Shown: in pieces, positions 1 through 7,773 of the stretch | Position numbering within the stretch: the stretch's first letter is position 1 | Layout of the letters: every line of letters starts with the position of its first letter | Source: Patescibacteria group bacterium | Lineage (GTDB): Bacteria > Patescibacteriota > Minisyncoccia > Sungbacterales > HO2-52-23 | Length of the DNA: 60,947 nucleotides | Direction: 5' to 3' | Assembly: GCA_038063315.1 (NCBI GenBank) | Contig: JBBTVI010000027.1 | Span: 1 to 60,947, forward strand | The notes under the pieces: generated by a model | Databases searched by the model: none | Seen by the model: the letters and a program-made list of their open reading frames with translations, nothing else | Told to the model about the DNA's origin: nothing | Made by a program: the position numbers and the translations under genes

Positions 1-163
1 CGTCATTGCGAGGAGTCCTGCTGCAGGACGACGAAGCAATCCAGCATTTCTGCCTTTACGGATTGTTTCATCGTTGCTGCTCCTCGCGATGACGATCGAA
101 ATGGATTGCTTCGCTCCCCCTCGCAGCTCGGGGTCGCTCGCAATGACACCTGTGAGGGGTTAC
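1..163. repeat. Family A element (truncated by the window start)
   Basis: GTCATTGCGAGGAGTCCTGCTGCAGGACGACGAAGCAATCC ... GGATTGC...CTCGCAATGAC plus outer ACCTGTGAGGGGTTAC. Near-identical to 55358-55521. Confidence 0.85.
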
Positions 164-191
164 ATTTCTATGGGCGACGGACTTCAAAGGA

Positions 192-2366
192 TCAAAGCGG
201 CGTCTGTAGCGCGCAGGAAAACTGCGAGTATCCGCCGTAACGATACGTGCCTCCATTGCTGCAATAGACCGATACGCCGACGGTCATGCCCGCAGGAAGA
301 TACAGGACGCGCGTGGCGGTTGATGATTGAAACTCACCAGTCGGGGGATATTCCGTGATTCCGTAGGTTCCGGCGACCCCACCTTCGCCCGAGCAGACGA
401 GATCGCCGTTGCAGGAGAATTGGTGGTGGATGTATCCCGGCATGACTCCATTCGTGTGGTTGTAGTGGTGTGAGGTGCACATATAGAGACCGGTCACCGG
501 AGCGGTAAAGAGGTTTGAGGCCGTACTATACCATCCGCCGGTGTTGCCGCCGAGCACCGTATCGTACGGCGCAAGATTCCAGCCCGTGGCGCACGTCTCC
601 CATCCGCCGGAGTGCCCGGCGAGGAAGAAGGGATGGGCCGGTATGCGCACGAAACCGGACGTGTCAAGACGCATACGCTCGGTATAGTTGGTGAGAAAGC
701 GCAGGGGATGGTTGCTTTCGGTGCCAACAGAGCCCGCGGCGCCGTCCCAGGCATCATGGCTGTATATTCCGACGCGGACACCGTTGTCGTTGGTCGCAAT
801 CATTTTCGCATGCGGGCCGCCGTGGAGATCAAGGACTTTATTCCAGCCCTGTGGATTGTAGGGATTTCCCGTTCCGATTCCGACATTGCCGGCATTGGTG
901 AGTGTTAGTTGGTCAGTCGCTCCAACGCCGAGTTGAAGTCGTGAAAGCCCGGCCCCGGTGCCGAGTCCGCCGTCGCCGTCAAACCACATTCGCGCATACC
1001 CGGTACCGTATCCAGGGAAAGGATTGATAATGAGATAGCGATCCAGGCGCACAGTGCCGTTGACAACATCCAATTTGGTGAGCGCGTCCGGTGAACCGGC
1101 ACCGGGGGTTACGGTATTGATGCCAACGTTGCCGCCCGTAGCGATGACCATGCGAAGCTGAGTATTTCCCTCGACAAAGTGAAGGCTATTTCCAAGTGTC
1201 CAGTTAATCCTCCCATTGTCGGGAACGGCAAAATCCAAAGTCGGATTAACTGCAACGAGCGCTATATTTCCATTCACTGTTAATTTTTGTGTCGGACTGA
1301 CCGTCCCAATTCCCACATTTCCGGTATTGGTACTATTGATACCGTCTGTGCCGTTCGTGGCCCATAATCCCGCTCCGCCCGGAGGAGGCGGACAATTGGT
1401 GCCGTCGGCGCGGCAGACGCTTTGTCCGGCAACAGTCAAATTTCCCGTGATGGCGGCGTCACCCGCGCTATTGAGTGTCAATTTTGTTGCGCTGTTATAG
1501 CCGATGCGGAACTGATTGTCAAAAATCACGTCGTAGAAATTCGTCGTTACATCGTCTTCCAGACGGAGGCCGGTGGTCCAGGCGTCGCTATTTGCTTTGA
1601 TGTGTAGGCGGCCGGATGGACTAGTTTTATTGATGCCGATATTTCCCGCGGCATCAATCGTCATTTTCGCGGTCGGCGTTCCACCGTTCGCGGTCCAAAA
1701 TTGGAGATCTCCGGTCGGACTGGTTGCGGATCCACTCCGCTTTGTGCTTGAGATGAGGCCCGTGCGTTTCTCGGCTCCGGTGAGCGCGGTGGAGCCGAAT
1801 GAGATGATTCCCATGTAGGAATTATTCGCAGTTGCTGACGAGCTAAGAATCTCTAAACCGTATCCTGCGCCGCCATGCACTTGTAGTATCCGTGGAGTTC
1901 CACCGTCGCCCATGCCACCGGGGGTGGCCGTATTGATTCCGATGTTGCCTCCGCCGATGATGTTGATTCCAAGAATGTCGGGATCTCCGGCATTAAAAAT
2001 GGCAAGCCTCGAGTTTGCGGGAATGCTGGCGCCGTTGAAATACCTCAAAATTGCGCTGTTGTACCATGGCGCGCCGAAGGTAGAACCGAGTATAATCTCA
2101 TTCCATGTTCCGGCTGCTCCGCCGGAAAGAAATCGCGGCTGGTCTAGATCTGTATTGTTCGGCGTAACCACATGCAGCTTCGCCCCCGGAGTTATTATAC
2201 CGATACCGAGAGACCCTGGCACCGTTAAATTATTCCCGCGGACCTGTACGCCGCCGGTCTGGGCCGCGCTTCTGGGGATATCGGTGACACCGAATATAAT
2301 GACCGCCACGATAAGAACGGTGATGCCTGCAATAAAAATTGTGAAATGGGGAAATTTGTGGTTCAT
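192..2366 (-). CDS. Membrane-anchored surface fibre protein with tail-fibre-like G-N-[IV]-G-I-[GN]-T repeats and a C-terminal C1q/TNF-like globular domain
   Basis: 724-aa ORF. N-terminal hydrophobic segment FTIFIAGITVLIVAVIIFGV. Repeated GNIGINTATPG / GNVGIGTVSPTQKLTV / GNVGINTVTPG / GNVGIGTGNPYNP motifs. C-terminal ~140 aa fit the gC1q pattern (FFLAG..., APYDTVLGGNTGGWY, LFTAPVTGLYMCT, LYLPAGMTVGVSVY, YSQFSCAL). Follows the minor-pilin genes on the same strand. Confidence 0.6.
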   Translation of the reverse strand: MNHKFPHFTIFIAGITVLIVAVIIFGVTDIPRSAAQTGGVQVRGNNLTVPGSLGIGIITPGAKLHVVTPNNTDLDQPRFLSGGAAGTWNEIILGSTFGAPWYNSAILRYFNGASIPANSRLAIFNAGDPDILGINIIGGGNIGINTATPGGMGDGGTPRILQVHGGAGYGLEILSSSATANNSYMGIISFGSTALTGAEKRTGLISSTKRSGSATSPTGDLQFWTANGGTPTAKMTIDAAGNIGINKTSPSGRLHIKANSDAWTTGLRLEDDVTTNFYDVIFDNQFRIGYNSATKLTLNSAGDAAITGNLTVAGQSVCRADGTNCPPPPGGAGLWATNGTDGINSTNTGNVGIGTVSPTQKLTVNGNIALVAVNPTLDFAVPDNGRINWTLGNSLHFVEGNTQLRMVIATGGNVGINTVTPGAGSPDALTKLDVVNGTVRLDRYLIINPFPGYGTGYARMWFDGDGGLGTGAGLSRLQLGVGATDQLTLTNAGNVGIGTGNPYNPQGWNKVLDLHGGPHAKMIATNDNGVRVGIYSHDAWDGAAGSVGTESNHPLRFLTNYTERMRLDTSGFVRIPAHPFFLAGHSGGWETCATGWNLAPYDTVLGGNTGGWYSTASNLFTAPVTGLYMCTSHHYNHTNGVMPGYIHHQFSCNGDLVCSGEGGVAGTYGITEYPPTGEFQSSTATRVLYLPAGMTVGVSVYCSNGGTYRYGGYSQFSCALQTPL

Positions 2367-2390
2367 AAGGAGGGCGAAGAATTTTGGAAT

Positions 2391-2427
2391 AAAATCCCCC
2401 TTAATCCCCCTTTTTCAAAGGGGGAAG
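2391..2427. repeat. Family F hairpin repeat
   Basis: AAAATCCCCCTTAATCCCCCTTTTTCAAAGGGGGAAG. Confidence 0.8.
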
Positions 2428-2435
2428 AAACTCCT

Positions 2436-2543
2436 TGTAATTCCTCATATCCGTCATTGCGAGCGACCCCGAATCCGTCGAGGGGGCGCGCGGCAATCCA
2501 GGGCTTTTCTGGATTGCTTCGTCGTCTGACTCCTCGCAATGAC
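2436..2543. repeat. Family A element
   Basis: GTCATTGCGAGCGACCCCGAATCCGTCGAGGGGGCGCGCGGCAATCC - loop - GGATTGCTTCGTCGTCTGACTCCTCGCAATGAC. Confidence 0.85.
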
Positions 2544-2584
2544 ACATATTAAGCGATTTTTAATGATGCCGTGAGGCGTTACAA

Positions 2585-2621
2585 CTCCTCCCTTTGCCAA
2601 AGGGAGGCCGGGAGGGATTTT
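2585..2621. repeat. Family F hairpin repeat (inverted relative to the 2391 copy)
   Basis: CTCCTCCCTTTGCCAAAGGGAGGCCGGGAGGGATTTT. Confidence 0.75.
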
Positions 2622-2675
2622 ATTTTTTGACCTTTAACATGCACCTCTGACTTTTACATTTTGACCTTTTAATTT

Positions 2676-3515
2676 CTACGGTATCCCATTCTCAAACAAT
2701 ACTCCGCGTATATACATCTCTCCTGCACTGGTGATGAGCGCCGTGATATCACCCGCCGTATTGAACAGGACAAAATCATCCGGTCCAGGCACGGGGAATA
2801 CGGTCGTGCCCGGATTGAATAATCCGTCAATATGGAGAGTACCCGTGTCTGCGGTGATAAAAGCGACGTCGTCGCCAATGGAATTCTGGATGCGGAAGTC
2901 GTCAGCTGACGGGAGCGCACCGGAGGATTGGACTAGCGCGCCAAGAAGCGTGAGATCGCCGTTTTCGTCAAAACGCGCAATCGGCGTTCCGGCGGTGTTT
3001 CTGATGACGGCAACAGGAACCGGAGGCGGTTGGGGTCCTGGGCCAGGGGTGGGTGGCGGTGGAGGGCCTGGCGGAGGACCGGGCGGCGCAGGCGGGAAGC
3101 CCGGAGGAAGCGCATAGGTCGCCTGCAGGGTCCGCTGTACTTTTTGCGCTCCGGCCCGGCAGTCATAGAATCCGCGGCCGATAATGTCCGTGGCGCCGTT
3201 TTTAATGACAATTGCATTATAGCACGATTGACTTCCGTCGGGGAGAAGGATCGAGATTGTCGGCTCCACAGTGGTCCACGCGGGGAAAATGTTGAGGACG
3301 CGGTCATTGTAGAATGTGCGTTCAAGCGCCTGGTCCGCGGCAAAGAGCGCGTGGAACGACTTGCCGATGTCGCGCGCAAGCGTCAATTCGCCGACAACAA
3401 CCGCGGCCATGGAAATCCCGATCGCGAGAATCGCAGCAAGGATGACAACGGCAAGAATGAGGGTGAGACCCCGTTGTTGTATTGCGCTCTGGCGATTTAA
3501 GGCGGCATTCTGCAT
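2676..3515 (-). CDS. PilX-N-like minor pilus protein with a long poly-proline linker
   Basis: ORF 2676..3602 trimmed to the ATG at 3515, because the upstream 29 codons lie in a family B repeat. N-terminus MQNAALNRQSAIQQRGLTLILAVVILAAILAIG resembles the PilX N-terminal segment. Contains PPGFPPAPPGPPPGPPPPPTPGPGPQPPPVP. Confidence 0.55.
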   Translation of the reverse strand: MQNAALNRQSAIQQRGLTLILAVVILAAILAIGISMAAVVVGELTLARDIGKSFHALFAADQALERTFYNDRVLNIFPAWTTVEPTISILLPDGSQSCYNAIVIKNGATDIIGRGFYDCRAGAQKVQRTLQATYALPPGFPPAPPGPPPGPPPPPTPGPGPQPPPVPVAVIRNTAGTPIARFDENGDLTLLGALVQSSGALPSADDFRIQNSIGDDVAFITADTGTLHIDGLFNPGTTVFPVPGPDDFVLFNTAGDITALITSAGEMYIRGVLFENGIP

Positions 3516-3542
3516 GACGGTGAAATGCGTGAAATGGAGAAG

Positions 3543-3614
3543 AATTATGGGATATGAATTATGTATTGTGGGTATTCCTAAAGTCCATAATTCATAATAC
3601 AAGCCCCATAACCC
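3543..3614. repeat. Family B AT-rich palindrome (full)
   Basis: AATTATGGGATATGAATTATGTATTGTGGG - loop - CCATAATTCATAATACAAGCCCCATAAC. Confidence 0.85.
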
Positions 3615-3617
3615 ATC

Positions 3618-4220
3618 TTACAGGTCTCTCAACCTCTGCACAATCATTGTTTGCGTTCTCATGCGCGAGGCGGACGCGACAGCCGGGTTTGCCGCGCGCG
3701 CGGTCAGGGCGATGGTCACATACGGTTGTCCGTCAGTCGGGCCGGGCGTTTGTCCGCGCAGACGGAAGCGCAAACTCTCGATGGCGATGCTATCCGGAGT
3801 AAAGGCCAGGGCGCTTGGGCAGGCGCTGTTGTTCAGGGCCGGGGTCTCGGGCGCGGTGATGCGCATGATCACACCCGCGGCATTCAGAAAATAGATCCTC
3901 TGCTCGCGCGCGTCCGTGATGTTATTATATGTGATGAAATAAATTTCCGTCTCCGGGGCTCCGATGCCGCAGGTCGTCTGGTCGAGACGGAATGTATCGC
4001 CGACGCGCATTTCTTTGGTGATGAGTTCCGTACCGAAGCGCGCCGTATCCTGCACGCGCTGGATATCGCCGATTTTGCGCCGGACGCGGATTGCGGAAAC
4101 CATGATTCCGACAATCAGCGTCGCCGCAACGCTAAAAATTGCCGTCGCGATGAGCGCTTCAATGATGGTGAAACCGTGGCGGTTTGACGTTGCAGGTTTT
4201 TGAGCGGGGGTCTCGCGCAT
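3618..4220 (-). CDS. Prepilin-type N-terminal cleavage/methylation domain protein (minor pilin, PilW/PilV-like)
   Basis: Leader MRETPAQKPATSNRHG followed by FTIIEALIATAIFSVAA, matching the G|FT(L/I)xE class III signal. Confidence 0.75.
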   Translation of the reverse strand: MRETPAQKPATSNRHGFTIIEALIATAIFSVAATLIVGIMVSAIRVRRKIGDIQRVQDTARFGTELITKEMRVGDTFRLDQTTCGIGAPETEIYFITYNNITDAREQRIYFLNAAGVIMRITAPETPALNNSACPSALAFTPDSIAIESLRFRLRGQTPGPTDGQPYVTIALTARAANPAVASASRMRTQTMIVQRLRDL

Positions 4221-4269
4221 AATGATGCAATGTGTGAAACAAAGAGGAGGTATGAAGTGCGAATTACGG

Positions 4270-4422
4270 GTAATCCCTCACAGCCGTCATTGCGAGCGAC
4301 CCCGAGTCCGTCGAGGGGGCGCGCGGCAATCCAGGATTTTCTGGATTGCGGAGCCTGTCCCGAGCCCTTCGACTATGCTCAGGATAAACTCCGCGAAGGA
4401 TCGTCTGACTCCTCGCAATGAC
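4270..4422. repeat. Family A element (long variant)
   Basis: Outer TIR GTAATCCCTCACAGCC, then GTCATTGCGAG...GCAATCC / GGATTGC...CTCGCAATGAC. Confidence 0.85.
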
Positions 4423-4459
4423 ACATATTAAACAGTTATTAATGAGGTTACGAAAGGTT

Positions 4460-4514
4460 ACTATTACGGGTATTCCTAAAATCCATAATACATAATACCA
4501 ACCCCATAATACAT
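4460..4514. repeat. Family B palindrome (degenerate left arm)
   Basis: ...TATTACGGGTATTCCTAAAATCCATAATACATAATACCAACCCCATAATAC. Confidence 0.75.
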
Positions 4515-4521
4515 CCGCCCG

Positions 4522-5160
4522 CTATCTCCAATTATACAATCTTTCTCTCAGTTCTATGGCCTTGGTCTGGTTGCGTTCGGTCCAGGAGACACGCGCGACA
4601 ATGTCCATCTGGTTCTCCGGCGTGATGCCGGCATCGGGATTGGCGACGCCCGCGCCCGTTTGAATGGTGATGCGGCGTTTAAAAATCATCTCCGGTCCCG
4701 TATCGTATTGGTAGAATCCGCTGGCGGGATCCAGGCGGAGTAAGAGGTTGGGACTTCCGGGCTCGGGCCTTGGCTGGATAACGGTTGCGCCGCCGCAGGT
4801 TTTATCCTGGGTATCAAATGCGCTGATGCGGTAGTCCGCGTTTGCAAATTGAGCGCCATGGCCGGTGCCGCCGGTCTGGGGATTGGACGTCCACGGCCAG
4901 CTCTCTTGTGGATTGCCGTCAAGATAGTCGCAGAGGACGTTATTGTCGCGGATGAGGCGGACGAGTTCAATGCCTTCCTGGGCAAGATGCAGCGCAATGA
5001 TCTTGTTTTTGGCCGCGGCAGCGCGGGGAAGCGCGAAAATAATCAGCGTCAACGGCCCGGCGAGAGCCCCGAGCATGACCGCAAACGCAACAATGGTTTC
5101 TAAGATGGTGAAACCATGGCGGTTTGACGTTGCAGATTTTTGAGCGGGGGTCTTATGCAT
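4522..5160 (-). CDS. Prepilin-type N-terminal cleavage/methylation domain protein (minor pilin)
   Basis: ORF trimmed to the ATG at 5160, because the upstream codons are a family B repeat. Leader MHKTPAQKSATSNRHG|FTILETIVAFAVML is paralogous to the 3618-4220 leader. Confidence 0.75.
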   Translation of the reverse strand: MHKTPAQKSATSNRHGFTILETIVAFAVMLGALAGPLTLIIFALPRAAAAKNKIIALHLAQEGIELVRLIRDNNVLCDYLDGNPQESWPWTSNPQTGGTGHGAQFANADYRISAFDTQDKTCGGATVIQPRPEPGSPNLLLRLDPASGFYQYDTGPEMIFKRRITIQTGAGVANPDAGITPENQMDIVARVSWTERNQTKAIELRERLYNWR

Positions 5161-5186
5161 AATGACGGAAGGCGTAAGGCAAAGGA

Positions 5187-5259
5187 GAATTATGGGATAT
5201 GAATTATGTATTACGGGTACGTAAAATCCATAATACATAATACCAATCCCATAATTCAT
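5187..5259. repeat. Family B palindrome (full)
   Basis: GAATTATGGGATATGAATTATGTATTACGGG ... CCATAATACATAATACCAATCCCATAATTC. Confidence 0.85.
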
Positions 5260-5267
5260 ACTTATTT

Positions 5268-5837
5268 TTATTGCGCGTCCACCTGTCCGGTGATGCGCAC
5301 AGTGATTGTGCGGGTGCGCGCGCCGGACGGGGAACTTAACACTATCGTCATGACGTTCGTGACAATCGGATTGCCGGACCCGTCAAAAAACACCGGGATT
5401 CCTTCCGGCGCGTAAAACAGGAGATCCAAAACCGGGATTCCGCCGGAGAGAGACGTGACGCGTATTCCGCCCTCTAATAGTTTATCGCTTCCGATGCGCT
5501 CTCCGGGCGCGTCATACTGGTTGTTTGCGGTTCCGCCCGCGCCGTCGGCGAAAAGCGCATAAGATGTGTTGGAACCGGGGACGCTGGAAAGACGCATTCC
5601 GAAGCGCCGCGCGGGCGCAAGCACCGGCCCGGTGCGTGTGACGGCGACGGCCATGTTTTGGGCGCGGCGGATGTCGAGGAGGAGTTGGTGCATTGTGGAG
5701 TTTAGCGCGATATTTTCGTGAATGGGGGTGAAGCGCACCAAAAGGGTCGCAATGAGAATGGTGGCCATGGACACTACAACAACCATCTCAATGGCGGTAT
5801 AGCCGCTGTGGGACGGGACAATGTATGGGCGGGTCAT
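5268..5837 (-). CDS. GspH/FimT-like pseudopilin
   Basis: MTRPYIVPSHSG|YTAIEMVVVVSMATILIA prepilin-like N-terminus. Start placed at 5837, giving a 12-aa leader. A TATAAT on the minus strand (5844-5849) lies 6 nt upstream. Confidence 0.6.
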   Translation of the reverse strand: MTRPYIVPSHSGYTAIEMVVVVSMATILIATLLVRFTPIHENIALNSTMHQLLLDIRRAQNMAVAVTRTGPVLAPARRFGMRLSSVPGSNTSYALFADGAGGTANNQYDAPGERIGSDKLLEGGIRVTSLSGGIPVLDLLFYAPEGIPVFFDGSGNPIVTNVMTIVLSSPSGARTRTITVRITGQVDAQ

Positions 5838-5882
5838 AATTCTATTATAAAGGACCGGAAGGTTGATGGGCAATGGGAGAAA

Positions 5883-5912
5883 TGAATTATGGGGTATGAA
5901 TTATGTATTATG
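5883..5912. repeat. Family B half-site
   Basis: TGAATTATGGGGTATGAATTATGTATTATG, directly abutting a family A element. Confidence 0.8.
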
Positions 5913-5919
5913 AGAAAGG

Positions 5920-6088
5920 GTAAGTCCTCACAGCCGTCATTGCGAGCGACCACGAGTTGGTCGAGGGGGAGCGCGGCAATCCATTTCAACCGTCATTGCG
6001 AGGAGTCAGACGACGAAGCAATCCAGAATTTCTGTGTTTATGGATATGGATTGCTTCGTCGTCCTGCGGCAGGCCTCCTCGCAATGAC
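5920..6088. repeat. Family A element (three half-units)
   Basis: GTAAGTCCTCACAGCC, then two direct GTCATTGCGAG...GCAATCC units and one inverted unit. Confidence 0.85.
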
Positions 6089-6095
6089 GCTCATA

Positions 6096-6938
6096 TTACC
6101 ATCCCCATATCTGTTGAATTTGCGGCGCAAAGGCCAACGCGGCTACTGCGCCGAGGATGATAAACGGGCCGAACGGGATTTTGCTTTTAAGATTTTTACG
6201 GCCGAGGACGAGAAGCGCAAGTCCGGCGATTCCGCCGAGCCAGAAGGAAAAAATCAACGCGGCAATGGCCAAAGGGAATCCGGCGATAAGGGACGTTGAA
6301 AAAACCAGTTTGATGTCGCCGAAACCCATGGCGCGGCCCCGGGAGAAAAACCAGATGCTTCCGAGAAAAAGCGCGGCACCCGATGCGGCCGCAAGCTCCG
6401 GGATAATTATAGAAAGTGAGGAAGGCGCGAATGGACCGATGACGGATAAGACGATGCGCATGATGCCTGCGGCGAGAAGAATCAAAACCGCGCCGTCCGG
6501 AATAATATAGTCGCGGAGGTCAACAACAATAATGACGATTGCGGCTGCGGTCGCAGCAAAAATTCCCGTAAGAGTTAAAATAAAGGAAAAAGACGAGGAG
6601 CAAAAAAGCAATGGATTGCCTTCGATGGCAGGCATAGGCGTACCACCGCATGATTGAATTAAAAAAAACGTCGCGACGGTAAACGCCAGCGCAGTCCCTG
6701 ATTCCACCAGCGGATATTGCAGCGAAAGGACGGCACCGCAAGATCGGCACCGTCCTTTTTGTAGCGCAAAACTTAAAACCGGAATCAATTCATGCCAGCG
6801 AAGAGTTTTTCGGCACGTCCGGCATTGCGACCGCCCGCGTATTGTCTCTGCGTTTGGCACGCGAATGATCAGAACATTAAGGAAGCTGCCGACAATGAGA
6901 CCTAATACCCCTGAGGCAAGATACAACACTAGTGTCAT
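6096..6938 (-). CDS. pilD: Prepilin peptidase (A24 family, PilD)
   Basis: Polytopic 280-aa protein. Cys-rich box CRTCRKTLRWHELIPVLSFALQKGRCRSCG, QYPLVE and GFGDIKL motifs are typical of PilD/GspO. Confidence 0.85.
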   Translation of the reverse strand: MTLVLYLASGVLGLIVGSFLNVLIIRVPNAETIRGRSQCRTCRKTLRWHELIPVLSFALQKGRCRSCGAVLSLQYPLVESGTALAFTVATFFLIQSCGGTPMPAIEGNPLLFCSSSFSFILTLTGIFAATAAAIVIIVVDLRDYIIPDGAVLILLAAGIMRIVLSVIGPFAPSSLSIIIPELAAASGAALFLGSIWFFSRGRAMGFGDIKLVFSTSLIAGFPLAIAALIFSFWLGGIAGLALLVLGRKNLKSKIPFGPFIILGAVAALAFAPQIQQIWGW

Positions 6939-6956
6939 GTGTAACGACGCCGGTAA

Positions 6957-7442
6957 TTATGGGGCTACATCGTAACAATGGGTATTTGCCGTGGCCGCCC
7001 CCGTACATGCAACACCATCCGCCGCCCACGCGGGCGTGGCGCATACAGCCGGCGCCGTCTCCAAGTCCTGATCCAAGGCCGCATGGCCACCATCCTCCAA
7101 TGATGCGCCCAAATGATAACTTGTGGTGCCGCATTGCTGATAGTGATACGGATTGGCCGCGGCTAAGGGTTCCGCCGGAACAGCGGTCATATATCCTCCT
7201 GTTGAAAGTACGCTCAAATTTCCTATACCCGTACCGGCGGGATATGTCTGGTTATCATCAAAATACAGTTCAAGCGCCAGCTGAATCTGTTTAACATCCG
7301 CAATGCGCCGCGCATCGCGTGATTTCCGGCGCGCCTGATTGAGAGATGCGAGGACAATAGAGGCGAGGATTCCGATGATCGCGATGACAACGAGCAGCTC
7401 AATAAGCGTAAAACCTTTTCTTTGCTTAAAGAAATTTTTCAT
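6957..7442 (-). CDS. pilA: Type IV major pilin
   Basis: MKNFFKQRKG|FTLIELLVVIAIIGILASIVLASL is a canonical class III signal with the conserved hydrophobic helix. 161 aa. Confidence 0.85.
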   Translation of the reverse strand: MKNFFKQRKGFTLIELLVVIAIIGILASIVLASLNQARRKSRDARRIADVKQIQLALELYFDDNQTYPAGTGIGNLSVLSTGGYMTAVPAEPLAAANPYHYQQCGTTSYHLGASLEDGGHAALDQDLETAPAVCATPAWAADGVACTGAATANTHCYDVAP

Positions 7443-7587
7443 AGAACGAAATTAGTTTTATTAGTGACGACTTTTTATGATTTTGATTGATAAATAAAGA
7501 AAGAATGTTCGACCTTTATCCATTATAGAAGGACGAATCGGCAGAGTCAAAACGGGAGTTATCCACATGGGGATGGGGTTAGGGGAT

Positions 7588-7773
7588 CTGTATTATGTAT
7601 TATGGAAATTCCTTTCTTTCTGTCATTCCCGCGCAGGCGGGAATCCAGGTTTTTTTCACTCCGACCAAAGGAAAACCTGGACCCCCGCCTTCGCGGGGGT
7701 GACAACCGGGGAGAATTATGGCGTTGCTGCAACCATCGTTTTCATAATACATAATACCAATCCCATAATACAT
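7588..7773. repeat. Family B palindrome split by a family C element
   Basis: Left arm CTGTATTATGTATTATGG (7588-7606). Right arm CATAATACATAATACCAATCCCATAATAC (7743-7773). Family C lies at 7620-7704 between them. Confidence 0.8.
7620..7704. repeat. Family C element
   Basis: CTGTCATTCCCGCGCAGGCGGGAATCCAGGTTT...AACCTGGACCCCCGCCTTCGCGGGGGTGACA. Three nested palindromes. Confidence 0.9.

Noticed and set aside
3010-3115. Poly-proline-coding tracts (here and at 57975-58065) as tandem DNA repeats or contingency loci.
   Set aside because: They are imperfect CCN-rich runs that encode linker regions inside otherwise intact secreted proteins. There is no exact unit periodicity suggestive of slippage-based phase variation.
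2676-3602. N-terminal extensions of many track ORFs, such as MYYELWTLGIPTIHNSYPIILL..., MNYGIGIMYYGFYV..., MKSHCEESDDEAIQ... and MHCFCHPREGGGPGFAF...
   Set aside because: The extensions are translations of family A/B/C repeats. Internal ATGs restore canonical N-termini: prepilin leaders, the NusA, PheT and MltG N-termini, and TM anchors.
5889-6299. ORFs of 60-140 aa that run through repeat elements: 5889..6299, 4200..4421, 4222..4431, 2346..2552, 10270..10464, 10813..11091, 12727..12927, 13800..14000, 39172..39543, 42296..42541, 44116..44304, 55154..55522, 55236..55505. They encode recurring peptides such as SLRATPSPSRGRAAIQ and HCEESDDEAIQ.
   Set aside because: The recurring peptide sequences arise because the same DNA repeat is translated. 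The ORFs occur in several frames and on both strands of the same element, and they have no independent coding signal.
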